Positions 11,142 to 20,401 of a stretch of 64,000 bases of DNA are shown here, in pieces (position 1 is the stretch's first letter; every line of letters begins with the position of its first letter). Position numbers and translations under genes: made by a program. The stretch comes from an uncultured archaeon (GTDB taxonomy: Archaea > Asgardarchaeota > Thorarchaeia > Thorarchaeales > Thorarchaeaceae): contig CAZLEV010000003.1 of assembly GCA_964558645.1 (NCBI GenBank), forward strand, positions 205,080 to 269,079, in the 5' to 3' direction. Below the pieces are notes generated by a model. That model saw nothing but the letters and a program-made list of their open reading frames with translations. It did no database searches and was not told where the DNA came from.

Positions 11142-11291
11142 ATGGAATCACATTACGATTCCATGGAATCACTTGAGCAAGAGCAAGTCATGACGGCATG
11201 GATGCGGCAGAATTGCCACTGTATCGACGGACAACTCTCTTGTGCACCAGATTGTGCAAGTCAAAATGAACATTTCAAAAGGGATGACTAG
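11142..11291 (+). CDS. Putative 49-aa Cys-rich microprotein (MESHYDSMESLEQEQVMTAWMRQNCHCIDGQLSCAPDCASQNEHFKRDD)
   Basis: ATG..TAG ORF below the track cutoff; fills an intergenic gap; CxC..CxxxC; followed by a hairpin. Confidence 0.4.
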   Translation: MESHYDSMESLEQEQVMTAWMRQNCHCIDGQLSCAPDCASQNEHFKRDD

Positions 11292-11312
11292 ACGACAATT
11301 GTCAGGACGAAA

Positions 11313-11332
11313 GTGATCCCCGAAGGGATCAC
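11313..11332. terminator. Perfect 8-bp hairpin (cUUCGg tetraloop on minus strand) between convergent ORFs
   Basis: GTGATCCC-CGAA-GGGATCAC. Confidence 0.55.
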
Positions 11333-11355
11333 CTCGAAAGATCTGAAATCTACGA

Positions 11356-11748
11356 CTAATCGGATGTAGTTCTGACCCGCACTTCTGCTGAGCTTCTCAC
11401 CGCTTGACGCCAGGTTCTGAAACTACCCCACATGACTGGAATGGTTGCGGCTAGAAGCAGAATCAGGATAAGTAGGGTATTTACAATGGGTGTCTGTGTG
11501 CTAGGCATTCCCGGTCCTGCGAGTTGGTCTAGCCACCAGCCATGAAGCACCATGAGAGTGGAAGGAATCGTCAGAATCGTTAGAATGAAAAAGGTGAGGA
11601 AGCCTCGCCGCGGACTAGCCTGAATGAATCTAGCGAACACTCCAAGATGTCTGTGTTTCTGCCATTTCGATCCTTCCTGAACGATGAAGAAGATGAGGAA
11701 GAGCACAAGCAATAGGATCAATGGAACCAATGTAATCTCGAACCACAA
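11356..11748 (-). CDS. Hypothetical membrane protein (3 TM)
   Basis: Three hydrophobic segments; TTG start with upstream SD-like sequence. Confidence 0.7.
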   Translation of the reverse strand: MWFEITLVPLILLLVLFLIFFIVQEGSKWQKHRHLGVFARFIQASPRRGFLTFFILTILTIPSTLMVLHGWWLDQLAGPGMPSTQTPIVNTLLILILLLAATIPVMWGSFRTWRQAVRSSAEVRVRTTSD

Positions 11749-11901
11749 TTTGGTCTGTCTCCCTTAGGGTCTTATGAGCAGACCGCATAGCATTGAGGAT
11801 TTAAAGGCTATGGTCAACGAATCCTGGGATATGACAAGAAGCAGATTTAAGCAGAAGTATGTTTCTTGTGTATCACCGAGGATTCTATTCAGTGATCAGA
11901 G

Positions 11902-12282
11902 GTGTTTGAGATGGAAGAATCAGCTACGTCAATCGGCCTGAAGAAATATCTACGAGTATTCCCAATATTTGGACTGCTCTTCTACTACATCGGAGGGCTA
12001 GTCACAAGTCTTGATGTCTCTGAATCTACGGTATTCATCATCCAGACCGTGGCATTCAGCATAGTCCTCTTGGTTGGGCTATTCATTCTTGACATACGTC
12101 TTGTCATCGTGGGTGCTTTTCTCGCCCTAATTGGGACAGCATGGTCAGTGTTCTACTTGATTCAAAGTCTGAGTCAAGGACTGATTGGTTTCCGTGCGGT
12201 TGGTGGTGCATTCAATATTGTGGCTGACTTTTTCTTCGTGTTGACAGTATACACCTGGATCAAAGCCTCGCCACAGGTGTAG
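11902..12282 (+). CDS. Hypothetical membrane protein (about 4 TM)
   Basis: Strongly hydrophobic ORF. Confidence 0.7.
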   Translation: MFEMEESATSIGLKKYLRVFPIFGLLFYYIGGLVTSLDVSESTVFIIQTVAFSIVLLVGLFILDIRLVIVGAFLALIGTAWSVFYLIQSLSQGLIGFRAVGGAFNIVADFFFVLTVYTWIKASPQV

Positions 12283-12327
12283 CTTGTTCAGGCAATTCTC
12301 TTACAGGTGTGTCTGTTCTTGGATGGC

Positions 12328-13401
12328 CTAGTCTATGTGACATTTCAGCATCTCTTTGCCGAATACTTCAGGGCCCAAACATCTGTTACATCGTATGCAT
12401 GATGCACTCGTCAGTCCCTTTCTCAAGTCACGGATAAGACTAGGATTACGAATGAAAGGACGACTCATGCTCACCATATCACACAAGTCGCTTTCGATGA
12501 CATATGTCATGGTTTCCAGCGATTTGAAGCCGTTGACAAGTGCCATCAGACTTGGCTTTGTTTTGGCCCGGATTCTGGCGGCGTGTCCTGCAAAAGGTAG
12601 GTCTCTTAGAGCAGGATCACCGTGATTGGCTCTCGACTTGAGCTTCTCTTGACGACCCACTCCACCTCCACTGATTTCTAACAGGTCAATCCCCTTCTCC
12701 AGCATTCGCTGGGCGGCAACTATACTATCCTCAATTGTAAATCCGTTGGGACTGAAATCGTCACAGTTCAATTTCAGCAAGACTGGCGTACTGCCAACAT
12801 TGTATCGAATTTCATCGTAAACTGCTTCCAAAAGGGCCATTCGACTCCTAAGGCTGCCCCCCCATTTGTCGCTGCGTCGGTTTACAAGCCTGCTGAGGAA
12901 TTGGCTGATCAGGTAGCCGTGAGCTGCGTGGACCTGTACTCCATCGAATCCTGCACTCATTGCTCTTTGTGCAGCATCACCAAAGGCCGTTATGATACTC
13001 TGGATTTCGTCTTCTGACATTGCTCGAGAACGCCAGCCTTCCCCTATGTACTCGCTCGGGCCGATGCGATTTGGCTTGTGCTGGATTCCGGCATGGTTGA
13101 GCTGAGCCACTACGCTCCCTCCATGTTCATGAACAGCCTCTGCGATACATCTGAGCCCTGGTATGTGTTTGTCGTCACTGATTCCTGCCATCCCCTGATG
13201 GGCCTTGCCGCTTCTTTGTACATACAAGTGGCCAGTCACGATAAGGCCTACTTCTCCCCTTGCCAGGTCACGGTATAAGTCAACTATAGGTTGCCTTACA
13301 GTCCCGTCCTTCTGCGCGTATGCGGACGTTGTGGCACTTCTCATGAAGCGATTCTTGATTCTAATCTTCCCAACTTCCAGAGGTTCAAAGAGAGAGTCCA
13401 T
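12328..13401 (-). CDS. NADH:flavin oxidoreductase / Old Yellow Enzyme family
   Basis: QLNHAG, AGFDGVQVHAAHGYLISQFLS, NRRSDKWGG, SRPFIRNP. Confidence 0.93.
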   Translation of the reverse strand: MDSLFEPLEVGKIRIKNRFMRSATTSAYAQKDGTVRQPIVDLYRDLARGEVGLIVTGHLYVQRSGKAHQGMAGISDDKHIPGLRCIAEAVHEHGGSVVAQLNHAGIQHKPNRIGPSEYIGEGWRSRAMSEDEIQSIITAFGDAAQRAMSAGFDGVQVHAAHGYLISQFLSRLVNRRSDKWGGSLRSRMALLEAVYDEIRYNVGSTPVLLKLNCDDFSPNGFTIEDSIVAAQRMLEKGIDLLEISGGGVGRQEKLKSRANHGDPALRDLPFAGHAARIRAKTKPSLMALVNGFKSLETMTYVIESDLCDMVSMSRPFIRNPSLIRDLRKGLTSASCIRCNRCLGPEVFGKEMLKCHID

Positions 13402-13596
13402 AGCTGAAGGTAGGTGATTGTCTATACAAGAATATCGTTGTCGCTAAAATGGACTAGGCTCAAAGCTGGTTCAAACACCTCTCGATTGTGCATCACTAAA
13501 CCGAATGAGCAGAGTCCTCAGGTAATCTCTGAGAGATGAACTTGCGTCTTTCTGAACAGAGTACTAACTGTTCAAGCTGAGTCGAAACGAACATGT

Positions 13597-15288
13597 CTAG
13601 TAGTATATCGCTTTGAACTTGAACTGGTTCTCAAACATCTTCTCAAGCTCTCTGAGAGTTGTTGCATCTTCTGGCCCCTTGTCATATCTGATTGCAGTGA
13701 TGCGGGCGAATCGGAGGGCCATGCCAGACCTATACTTGGGACTCTTCTGAATCTCCGATGCAAGCACCTCAACCACAATCTCAGGCCTCACCCTGACAAG
13801 CTTCGACCCGGATTCTATTGCGATTTCCTGGAGTCTTCTCGTGATTTCTAGGAACTCCTGATCGCTGAGGCCCTTGAATGTCTTTCCAACCATCTCGAAA
13901 GAACCGGTTTCTTCATTACGGACGGCAAGGTGATAGTCTGATAGCCACCTGTGCCTCCTTCCGTGTCCCCATTCAGCAGCGATTATGACAAGGTCAAGGG
14001 GATCGAGGATGTGCTTGACCTTGAACCAGTTTTTTCCTCTAGTCCCTGGAACATACCCCGAGCTGGTTCTCTTCACCATCACGCCCTCATGGCCCAGACG
14101 CTTGCTTCTCTCGAAGAACTTCGTGGCTGCTGCAAGATTGTCGGTTTCCAGTGTTTCGATTTGCAGCTTCAGCGGTAACACGGCCTCGAGAGTCTGTCTC
14201 CGCTCTGTGTACGGGAGATGCACAAGATCTCTTCCATCGAGATAGAGTATGTCGAAGATGAAAGGCCTAAGTGTGATGTTCTTCGATTTCTTTTCGGTGT
14301 CCGAAGTGCTGCCATACCTTCTCATAACAACTTGAAAGGGGTAGGGTCGTCCATCTCCATTCAGAGCGATGACCTCCCCGTCTAGAATAGCCGAAGATAC
14401 ACTGAGGTTCTGTCTGATTTCCTCCTCCACCTCGGGCATGCTCTCTGTAACATCAGACAGTCGCCGAGAGTAGATTCTTATCATCCCATCCTGCTTATGT
14501 ACTTGGATACGTGCTCCGTCGAGTTTGAACTCGAGAGCTGTTTTGCCCTCAATATCATTCAATGCTCTTTCTAGATCATCTGCCGCTGTAGCCAGCATTG
14601 GCTTGACAGGTCTGAACATCTCTATCTTGATTTCCCGCAATCCCTTATCCCCAAGACTAGTTGCAGTTTCTGCGACGGTATGGATATCTCCTGAGTAGTG
14701 CCATGCTCTTCGAGTCAGGTCCGGGTCCGTTTGGAAGGCCTTTGCGATAGCGTCAATCACAAGCCCTTCTGACATGCCGGTACGAAGGTCCCCGAGAATG
14801 ATTGCAGCAAGATATCTCCCCTCTAATGGTGTGGCATCTCTGAAGAGGCCTGCAAGTATAGCCTCCCGCTCACGTTTAGAGCCGGGTCCTTCGGCTTGAG
14901 CAATTGCGTCGAATGCAGTCCTAACTCGGTCGATTGTGAGTTGCTCAGCGAGGAGACCTGACTGGCGGGCATATTCGTTGGAGCTGAGGAGGTGTTGAAT
15001 CGCCTCTCCTGCGTCTCCGCCGTATGCCTTCTCCATGTCCTGTTCATCGAACTGGACGACTTTGTGTAGTGCATCCTTCAGTGTAGACCACGAGGTCTTC
15101 AGTGTTCTACTATCTCGTTCTGAAAAGCCCTTTCCTGAAAGAAAGAGAGTGGCTGTTCCAATCTCAGACTTCTCCAGTTTCTTGAGAAGACCTGCCGCTA
15201 GTGAAGTCTTCTCGAGCCGGCTTGTCACCCGGGTAATACTCTGGAGTGTATCTGCCAGTTCTTGGAACAGAGTCATATCATACACCAT
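13597..15288 (-). CDS. lig: ATP-dependent DNA ligase (archaeal Lig1 type)
   Basis: PMLA, motif I EFKLDGAR, ILDGE, FDILY, EGVMVK, ALRFARI. Confidence 0.95.
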   Translation of the reverse strand: MVYDMTLFQELADTLQSITRVTSRLEKTSLAAGLLKKLEKSEIGTATLFLSGKGFSERDSRTLKTSWSTLKDALHKVVQFDEQDMEKAYGGDAGEAIQHLLSSNEYARQSGLLAEQLTIDRVRTAFDAIAQAEGPGSKREREAILAGLFRDATPLEGRYLAAIILGDLRTGMSEGLVIDAIAKAFQTDPDLTRRAWHYSGDIHTVAETATSLGDKGLREIKIEMFRPVKPMLATAADDLERALNDIEGKTALEFKLDGARIQVHKQDGMIRIYSRRLSDVTESMPEVEEEIRQNLSVSSAILDGEVIALNGDGRPYPFQVVMRRYGSTSDTEKKSKNITLRPFIFDILYLDGRDLVHLPYTERRQTLEAVLPLKLQIETLETDNLAAATKFFERSKRLGHEGVMVKRTSSGYVPGTRGKNWFKVKHILDPLDLVIIAAEWGHGRRHRWLSDYHLAVRNEETGSFEMVGKTFKGLSDQEFLEITRRLQEIAIESGSKLVRVRPEIVVEVLASEIQKSPKYRSGMALRFARITAIRYDKGPEDATTLRELEKMFENQFKFKAIYY

Positions 15289-15375
15289 CTACGTCTTGGA
15301 AGTATCTTCTTTTGCAGGAATACCCAGTACATAATGCCTATATTTGAACCCGTCATGTCATTCACGTGAAAAAGG

Positions 15376-15966
15376 ATGCCTCGAAGTATCTGGTTGTCCA
15401 AGAAAGGGCTTCTGTATCTGTCCTCCATTATACTGCTCCTTGGGGGTGGTGCGGTCATCCTTAGTGCACCCTATCACTATTATGGCTTCGTGGCTGGAGA
15501 GGGTGATAGACAACCATTCGACATCTGGAATCTTCCTGGGTACTATGAGCAGTTGGAGATCTCTGTCACTGTTGGGGCCGTGAACGTTTCTGTCATATCT
15601 GTGGACTTCAGGATTGTGGAAAACCGAACAGATGAAGTGTACATTCTCAACATGACTCTCGACTCACAAGACACTATACCAGGCAGCAATCCGCCGGTTC
15701 GCGTTAAGAGAGAGGTAATTGATGTTCCATACGGCAATTATACAATATACATAGATAGTGTGGAAGGTGCTAGCTCGATGGATATCAGCTACAAACAGCT
15801 AAGTGATTCCCGTACCTACATTGTCACTGGTGGGATGATGAATATCATCGGCCTTGCAGCTGGTCTGATCGGTTGGTGTGTATCGGGGTCGGTCATTTCA
15901 CGTGATCAAGAGATTGTTGTTGATTGGCAGTATGAGGAAGAATCTGGGCAATATACTGAGGAGTAA
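15376..15966 (+). CDS. Hypothetical membrane protein (two TM flanking a beta-rich extracellular domain)
   Basis: N- and C-terminal hydrophobic helices; NxS/T sequons. Confidence 0.7.
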   Translation: MPRSIWLSKKGLLYLSSIILLLGGGAVILSAPYHYYGFVAGEGDRQPFDIWNLPGYYEQLEISVTVGAVNVSVISVDFRIVENRTDEVYILNMTLDSQDTIPGSNPPVRVKREVIDVPYGNYTIYIDSVEGASSMDISYKQLSDSRTYIVTGGMMNIIGLAAGLIGWCVSGSVISRDQEIVVDWQYEEESGQYTEE

Positions 15967-16078
15967 GGCGCAGTCCTCTTTCAGCGTCATCTTAGGAGAC
16001 GTAATCTGCCAATTTACTTACATAATTATCTGTACATAACAATGTATATATTTGAGTAGGGTCGTATCTGTAGATTGA

Positions 16079-16390
16079 GTGAACCTGATGCAAAACGGTC
16101 CTGATATCTCAAGAGTTGGCATCTCCGATGCTATGAGCATGGTACTGAAGGTCCTGAGTGAAGGAACTGCTCTCTCCATCTCCGAACTTGCACGAAAGAC
16201 CGGTCTTGATCGGAGAACGGTAGACAAGGTCGTCGACATGCTGCTTGAAGCGCAGAACGCATTAAGTTTCAAGAAGCTCACAAAGAGGAAACTCGGTCGA
16301 AGCTATGCGGTAGCGCTCAGAGAGCGAACCAAGAAGGCAAAGGAACGGATTTCCAATGCTGGCAAGCGTCTGAAGAGAGGTAGAGACTGA
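16079..16390 (+). CDS. Winged helix-turn-helix DNA-binding protein
   Basis: LSISELARKTGLDRRTVDKVV; basic C-terminus; AT-rich promoter upstream. Confidence 0.75.
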   Translation: MNLMQNGPDISRVGISDAMSMVLKVLSEGTALSISELARKTGLDRRTVDKVVDMLLEAQNALSFKKLTKRKLGRSYAVALRERTKKAKERISNAGKRLKRGRD

Positions 16391-16392
16391 CC

Positions 16393-16917
16393 GTGTCTGT
16401 CAAGGTTGGAATCTTTCTTACCGCATCTATGACGCTATTAGGTGCTGTTACGAGCTACTCTCTCTGGCTTGCATATGGTGGGAGTGTTGGTGTACAGGTG
16501 CTAGTGACTCTGCTTATAGCGTCAGTAGGTGAGCACTACGTATCAGGGAAAGGATACTATCACTACACTCCGAAGAATGGAGTCTTCATCGGACGAGTAC
16601 CCCTTTGGATCCCCTTCATGTGGGTCTTTGTGGTTCAGCTCACATATCTGATTCCTCTCTCATTGGGGGTCTCAGGTCATGGTCTTTCTGTCGTTGCGGG
16701 TCTCCTGGGATTGGTTCTCGATATGGTTATGGTTGAGCCGATTCTCTGCAGAATGAGAGAACTATGGAGTTGGACTCCCGTTCCCGGGGGCTACTTCAGT
16801 TTCGTGCCTGCTCAGCTGAACAGGTTCATAGCACCGTTCGGCAACTACTTCGTGTGGTTTGTATTTCCGTTCCTGATGACCTTACTCCTGCAACTCTGTC
16901 ACATAGTACTGTCTTGA
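16393..16917 (+). CDS. Membrane protein, DUF422/CruF-like (carotenoid biosynthesis protein-like)
   Basis: GYYHY...GRVPLWIPFMW, LDMVMVEP, W.W, PFGNYFVWF. Confidence 0.6.
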   Translation: MSVKVGIFLTASMTLLGAVTSYSLWLAYGGSVGVQVLVTLLIASVGEHYVSGKGYYHYTPKNGVFIGRVPLWIPFMWVFVVQLTYLIPLSLGVSGHGLSVVAGLLGLVLDMVMVEPILCRMRELWSWTPVPGGYFSFVPAQLNRFIAPFGNYFVWFVFPFLMTLLLQLCHIVLS

Positions 16918-17000
16918 CCCGACTAGAGCACCGTTGTGTGTGTTACCACAGACTTGTCCCTGTTGTACACAATCTAATCTAGTGTTCTGGCCTCTAACAC

Positions 17001-17246
17001 TTGATGAGTACTATGCACGAGGATGCGATAAAGTGGGTCTTGAAGAACAAAGTCGTCTGCGACTTCCGAGGCTATCCTGTTGGAAGGGTCAAGAAGCTGT
17101 GGCTTGACGACGCCAAAGGCCCCTTGGTGATTGTGGAACGTCGTACTGACCCTATGGCTAGGGCAAGATGGGAGGCAATTCCTCTGACAGCAGTCCACTC
17201 AGTATCTGATGAGGTGCGACTCAAACCACCAGTGTTTGCAGAGTGA
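17001..17246 (+). CDS. PRC-barrel domain protein
   Basis: KVVCDFRGYPVGRVKKL ... IPLTAVHSVSDEVRLK. Confidence 0.75.
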   Translation: MMSTMHEDAIKWVLKNKVVCDFRGYPVGRVKKLWLDDAKGPLVIVERRTDPMARARWEAIPLTAVHSVSDEVRLKPPVFAE

Positions 17247-17306
17247 GCAACTGTCGATATCATGAGCATAAATCGCATCATTCTGACATAGACGGAGGAA
17301 TATGCA

Positions 17307-17663
17307 GTGAAGACCGATATTGAATGCAGACGTCAGGATTATGAACAAGCTGAACTGGACAATGAAGACAACCTGGGGAAGATACTGGTGTTCACCAGCA
17401 GACAGTGCCCATTTTGTGGTGAGGCCCTCCGTTTGGCAAGGGAAGCCGCAGCTCGCCTCCACTACTACTCTGAACACCTTGAAGTCATCGAAACCCGAAT
17501 AGAGAATAATCGGGATGCTTTGGAACAGTATAGAATAACAGCGATTCCGACCATAAGAATCGGACGAGCGACAATCACAGGTCTCCCAAAAGTCGAAGAT
17601 GTTGAGCAAATAATCCACGAGGTGATGCTCACTGATAGACTGGTGCCCTCAGGGATGCACTAG
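17307..17663 (+). CDS. Thioredoxin-like protein
   Basis: CPFC active site; cis-Pro motif ITAIPTI; GLP. Confidence 0.8.
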   Translation: MKTDIECRRQDYEQAELDNEDNLGKILVFTSRQCPFCGEALRLAREAAARLHYYSEHLEVIETRIENNRDALEQYRITAIPTIRIGRATITGLPKVEDVEQIIHEVMLTDRLVPSGMH

Positions 17664-17708
17664 GATTCTGAAAAGGACTCTCCTTTGATGGTTATGGAAT
17701 TAGATAGA

Positions 17709-18455
17709 TTACAGATTCAGGATGCTCTGTGCATTCCTCTCTGTGATAAGTCGGATTGTTTCAACATTCAGATTGATCATGTTCAAGCTGGCCATCAGAT
17801 CCTGATACTCTGAATGATGTTCTGACCCAAAAACTAGCTTCCTTACTCCAAGATCCTGAATCAACGCATCAAGAAATACGCGAAGGGGGGATTCCACGAG
17901 CTTCGGCAGAGTCACTGATATCTCTAGCCACACGTTGTTTCTTGCTATGAGAGGGATGAGCTTCGAGAAACCGAAGAGCCCTCCCATATGAAGCACAACA
18001 AACTCGGCATAGGGATGTGTCAGTGACAGACGGTCAAGAAAGCCGATTACCTCATTTGATATTTCCTTGTGGTGGAAGTAGATTGCAAGACCCTTCTCGA
18101 CTGCCATCTGAGCGACAGCATACGCGGCAGGGTCAGATGGATGATACATTTGTTCGTCAAAGACGAAGGCCTTGCAGCCTTGATCTGCGAACTGAGCGAT
18201 TCTTTCTCTTGCTAGGTTGATTGGTCTCGGCATAACGGAGCAGGCAAACTCCAGCCTATCAGGTTGCATCTCGGCTGCTTCAACGTAGAGTTCTGTTGGT
18301 ACTTTGTACTCTATTGGAGTCAGTACGGTCTTCTCTACATTGTAGTCGTCCATTCTTTCTATGAGCAAATCTACGTTCTCGTCAAGGGTGTCACGTGTTA
18401 CCCTATCTACATTCATTCGGTCCGGACCTAGATGACAATGGATATCTATTGTCAA
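17709..18455 (-). CDS. Amidohydrolase family protein (amidohydro_2)
   Basis: DIHCH, LHMG, FGSE. Confidence 0.8.
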   Translation of the reverse strand: MTIDIHCHLGPDRMNVDRVTRDTLDENVDLLIERMDDYNVEKTVLTPIEYKVPTELYVEAAEMQPDRLEFACSVMPRPINLARERIAQFADQGCKAFVFDEQMYHPSDPAAYAVAQMAVEKGLAIYFHHKEISNEVIGFLDRLSLTHPYAEFVVLHMGGLFGFSKLIPLIARNNVWLEISVTLPKLVESPLRVFLDALIQDLGVRKLVFGSEHHSEYQDLMASLNMINLNVETIRLITERNAQSILNL

Positions 18456-18558
18456 TTTGGCAACCCTATCCTCTGTACACTGCCCTTCCTTTTCTTTTCG
18501 TGTATTATGTGAGCGAACATCATCTCTATATAGAGACTAGACTAGCTAAAGCTGATTC

Positions 18559-19176
18559 ATGTTGAATTCAGATGACGAAACCTCTCAACTCGGAACACGC
18601 TTGCAGAACATGGTCGACGAGATGAATGAAGATAGATACATGCTCATGGAATACCTCGGTCCTGTGGTCGATGGATGCCGTGCGGCACTTCAGATGGATG
18701 TTGAGAGCGCAAAGAAACTGGACACCATGAGTGAACAAGAATTCGATGAAGTCCTGAACACAGCAGGTGACTCATTTCAGGACGTAGCCTTCTGTATCAC
18801 CACTCTTGGAGGCAATTCACAGTTTTCGGTCGTCTTTGAAGAAGGCGTGGCATCTCTAGAACAAGGTTGCCATCATGAGGGTGTCGTCATGTCAGCCCCA
18901 GAGGATGTTCTCCTGGAGCTTTTTGGTGGCGATTCACAACTTTCTCCTCTGGACGTAATAGACGATGACCTCAAGGTGGAGGGTCCTGATGCTTGCCAGG
19001 TAGCAGAAGCATTAGGATTCTTGGTATTTCCGACACTCCTTCAGATGGCAAGGTCTGGCATCGATCCTTCTTCTCTGCATGTAGAGGATGCAGATTCAGT
19101 GATAATGACGACTGCGTCCGATCTCGTAACAAGACTCCTGAAACGCTGGGTTGACATCCAAGTGAGCTCGCTCTAG
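18559..19176 (+). CDS. Hypothetical acidic protein with SCP2-like (sterol carrier) domain
   Basis: FSVVFEEGVASL ... LLELFGG ... LKVEGPD pattern. Confidence 0.5.
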   Translation: MLNSDDETSQLGTRLQNMVDEMNEDRYMLMEYLGPVVDGCRAALQMDVESAKKLDTMSEQEFDEVLNTAGDSFQDVAFCITTLGGNSQFSVVFEEGVASLEQGCHHEGVVMSAPEDVLLELFGGDSQLSPLDVIDDDLKVEGPDACQVAEALGFLVFPTLLQMARSGIDPSSLHVEDADSVIMTTASDLVTRLLKRWVDIQVSSL

Positions 19177-19185
19177 ACGTTAGCC

Positions 19186-20331
19186 TTACAACCCGTGGAA
19201 GGGGAATACTAGTTCTCTCAATCTCTCTAAGACCCTATCCAAGTCGTCTTCTACGTATTCCCGTGGAGTATAGAGCTGCATGACGTCCTGTTCATCTCTC
19301 ATTGTGAGAGGACACTTCGTGTAGTCAATACCCTCGCAGGTCTCAAGGAAGCCAGCTGGAATCTGTTGCGGGACATCAACCCCCAACATCAGAGCGAGGA
19401 ACAACGTCCAAAGCCTGGCTACGTTTGTGACGTGGTACCCTCCCCCACCCACGGCAAGCCAGCCGATGTCACAGATTTCCTCAGACATCTTCTTGAGTCG
19501 CTCAATCACATATTCGTACCCGTGGCTTGTGTATGCAAGATGTGCCAGAGGATCCATATAGTGTCCGTCAACTCCCATCTGAGTTACCAAGAGATTGGGT
19601 TGATAGACCTCAAAGAGTGGGACCACAATCTCATCAAAGGCGCGGATAAGTTCTGGGTTGCCAGCGCCAACGGCCAGAGGTATGTTGACGGAGAACCCCT
19701 CTCCCTCTCCAGCGCCGTTCTCGAAGACATTGCCTGTTCCTGGAAAGAGAGTTCTGCCGGACTGGTGAATCGAAACCGTAAGGACCTGATCAGACCGATA
19801 GAATGCATTCTGAACGCCATCCCCATGATGGGCGTCGAAGTCGAAATAGAGCACTCGGCACTTCTGTGCTTTCAGAAGATACGTGATGGCGATGACAATG
19901 TCGTTGAAGATGCAGAATCCTGAAGCCTCACTTCTCTGTGCATGGTGGAGTCCACCTGAGATGACAAAAGCATTCCTCGCTCCCTTCATGATTGCTCGCA
20001 TACCGTCGAGAGTTGCTCCCACATACCTTCTCGCAGCTTCATAGAGGCCTGGGAATGATGGATTGTCGGCAATACCCAAACCGTAGCGGACATTCCTGCA
20101 AGAGGCATCTTGGCAGGCCTCCACTGCGTCTATATAATCAGGCTCATGGAATAGTTCGAGTTCTTCACGAGTTGGGAGTGTGGGTCTGACAATCTCAGTC
20201 AATTCCAGAAGACCCAATTGCTGCGAGAGGTCTCGAGTGAGTCTTAGCCTGTCTGGCTTTAGCGGATGAGTCTTGCTGAACTCATAGTCAAGAAGTTCAT
20301 CCGAATACGGGTAGACGAGTCTTCCTCTCAT
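19186..20331 (-). CDS. acuC: Histone deacetylase / acetoin utilization AcuC family protein
   Basis: HPLKPDRL, GGLHHA, SGFCIFND, DFDAHHGDG, GGGGY; start moved to ATG 20331. Confidence 0.9.
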   Translation of the reverse strand: MRGRLVYPYSDELLDYEFSKTHPLKPDRLRLTRDLSQQLGLLELTEIVRPTLPTREELELFHEPDYIDAVEACQDASCRNVRYGLGIADNPSFPGLYEAARRYVGATLDGMRAIMKGARNAFVISGGLHHAQRSEASGFCIFNDIVIAITYLLKAQKCRVLYFDFDAHHGDGVQNAFYRSDQVLTVSIHQSGRTLFPGTGNVFENGAGEGEGFSVNIPLAVGAGNPELIRAFDEIVVPLFEVYQPNLLVTQMGVDGHYMDPLAHLAYTSHGYEYVIERLKKMSEEICDIGWLAVGGGGYHVTNVARLWTLFLALMLGVDVPQQIPAGFLETCEGIDYTKCPLTMRDEQDVMQLYTPREYVEDDLDRVLERLRELVFPFHGL

Positions 20332-20401
20332 GGTGATTCGGTGATTATGAAACACCTGCTTATACCTTGTGCATTCCGGCACCAGCAATAGACACCGGGA
20401 G

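Noticed and set aside
13460-13580. tRNA-like GGTTCAAA and TGAACAG/CTGTTCA hairpin
   Set aside because: No cloverleaf can be formed; the hairpin is at best a weak terminator for lig.
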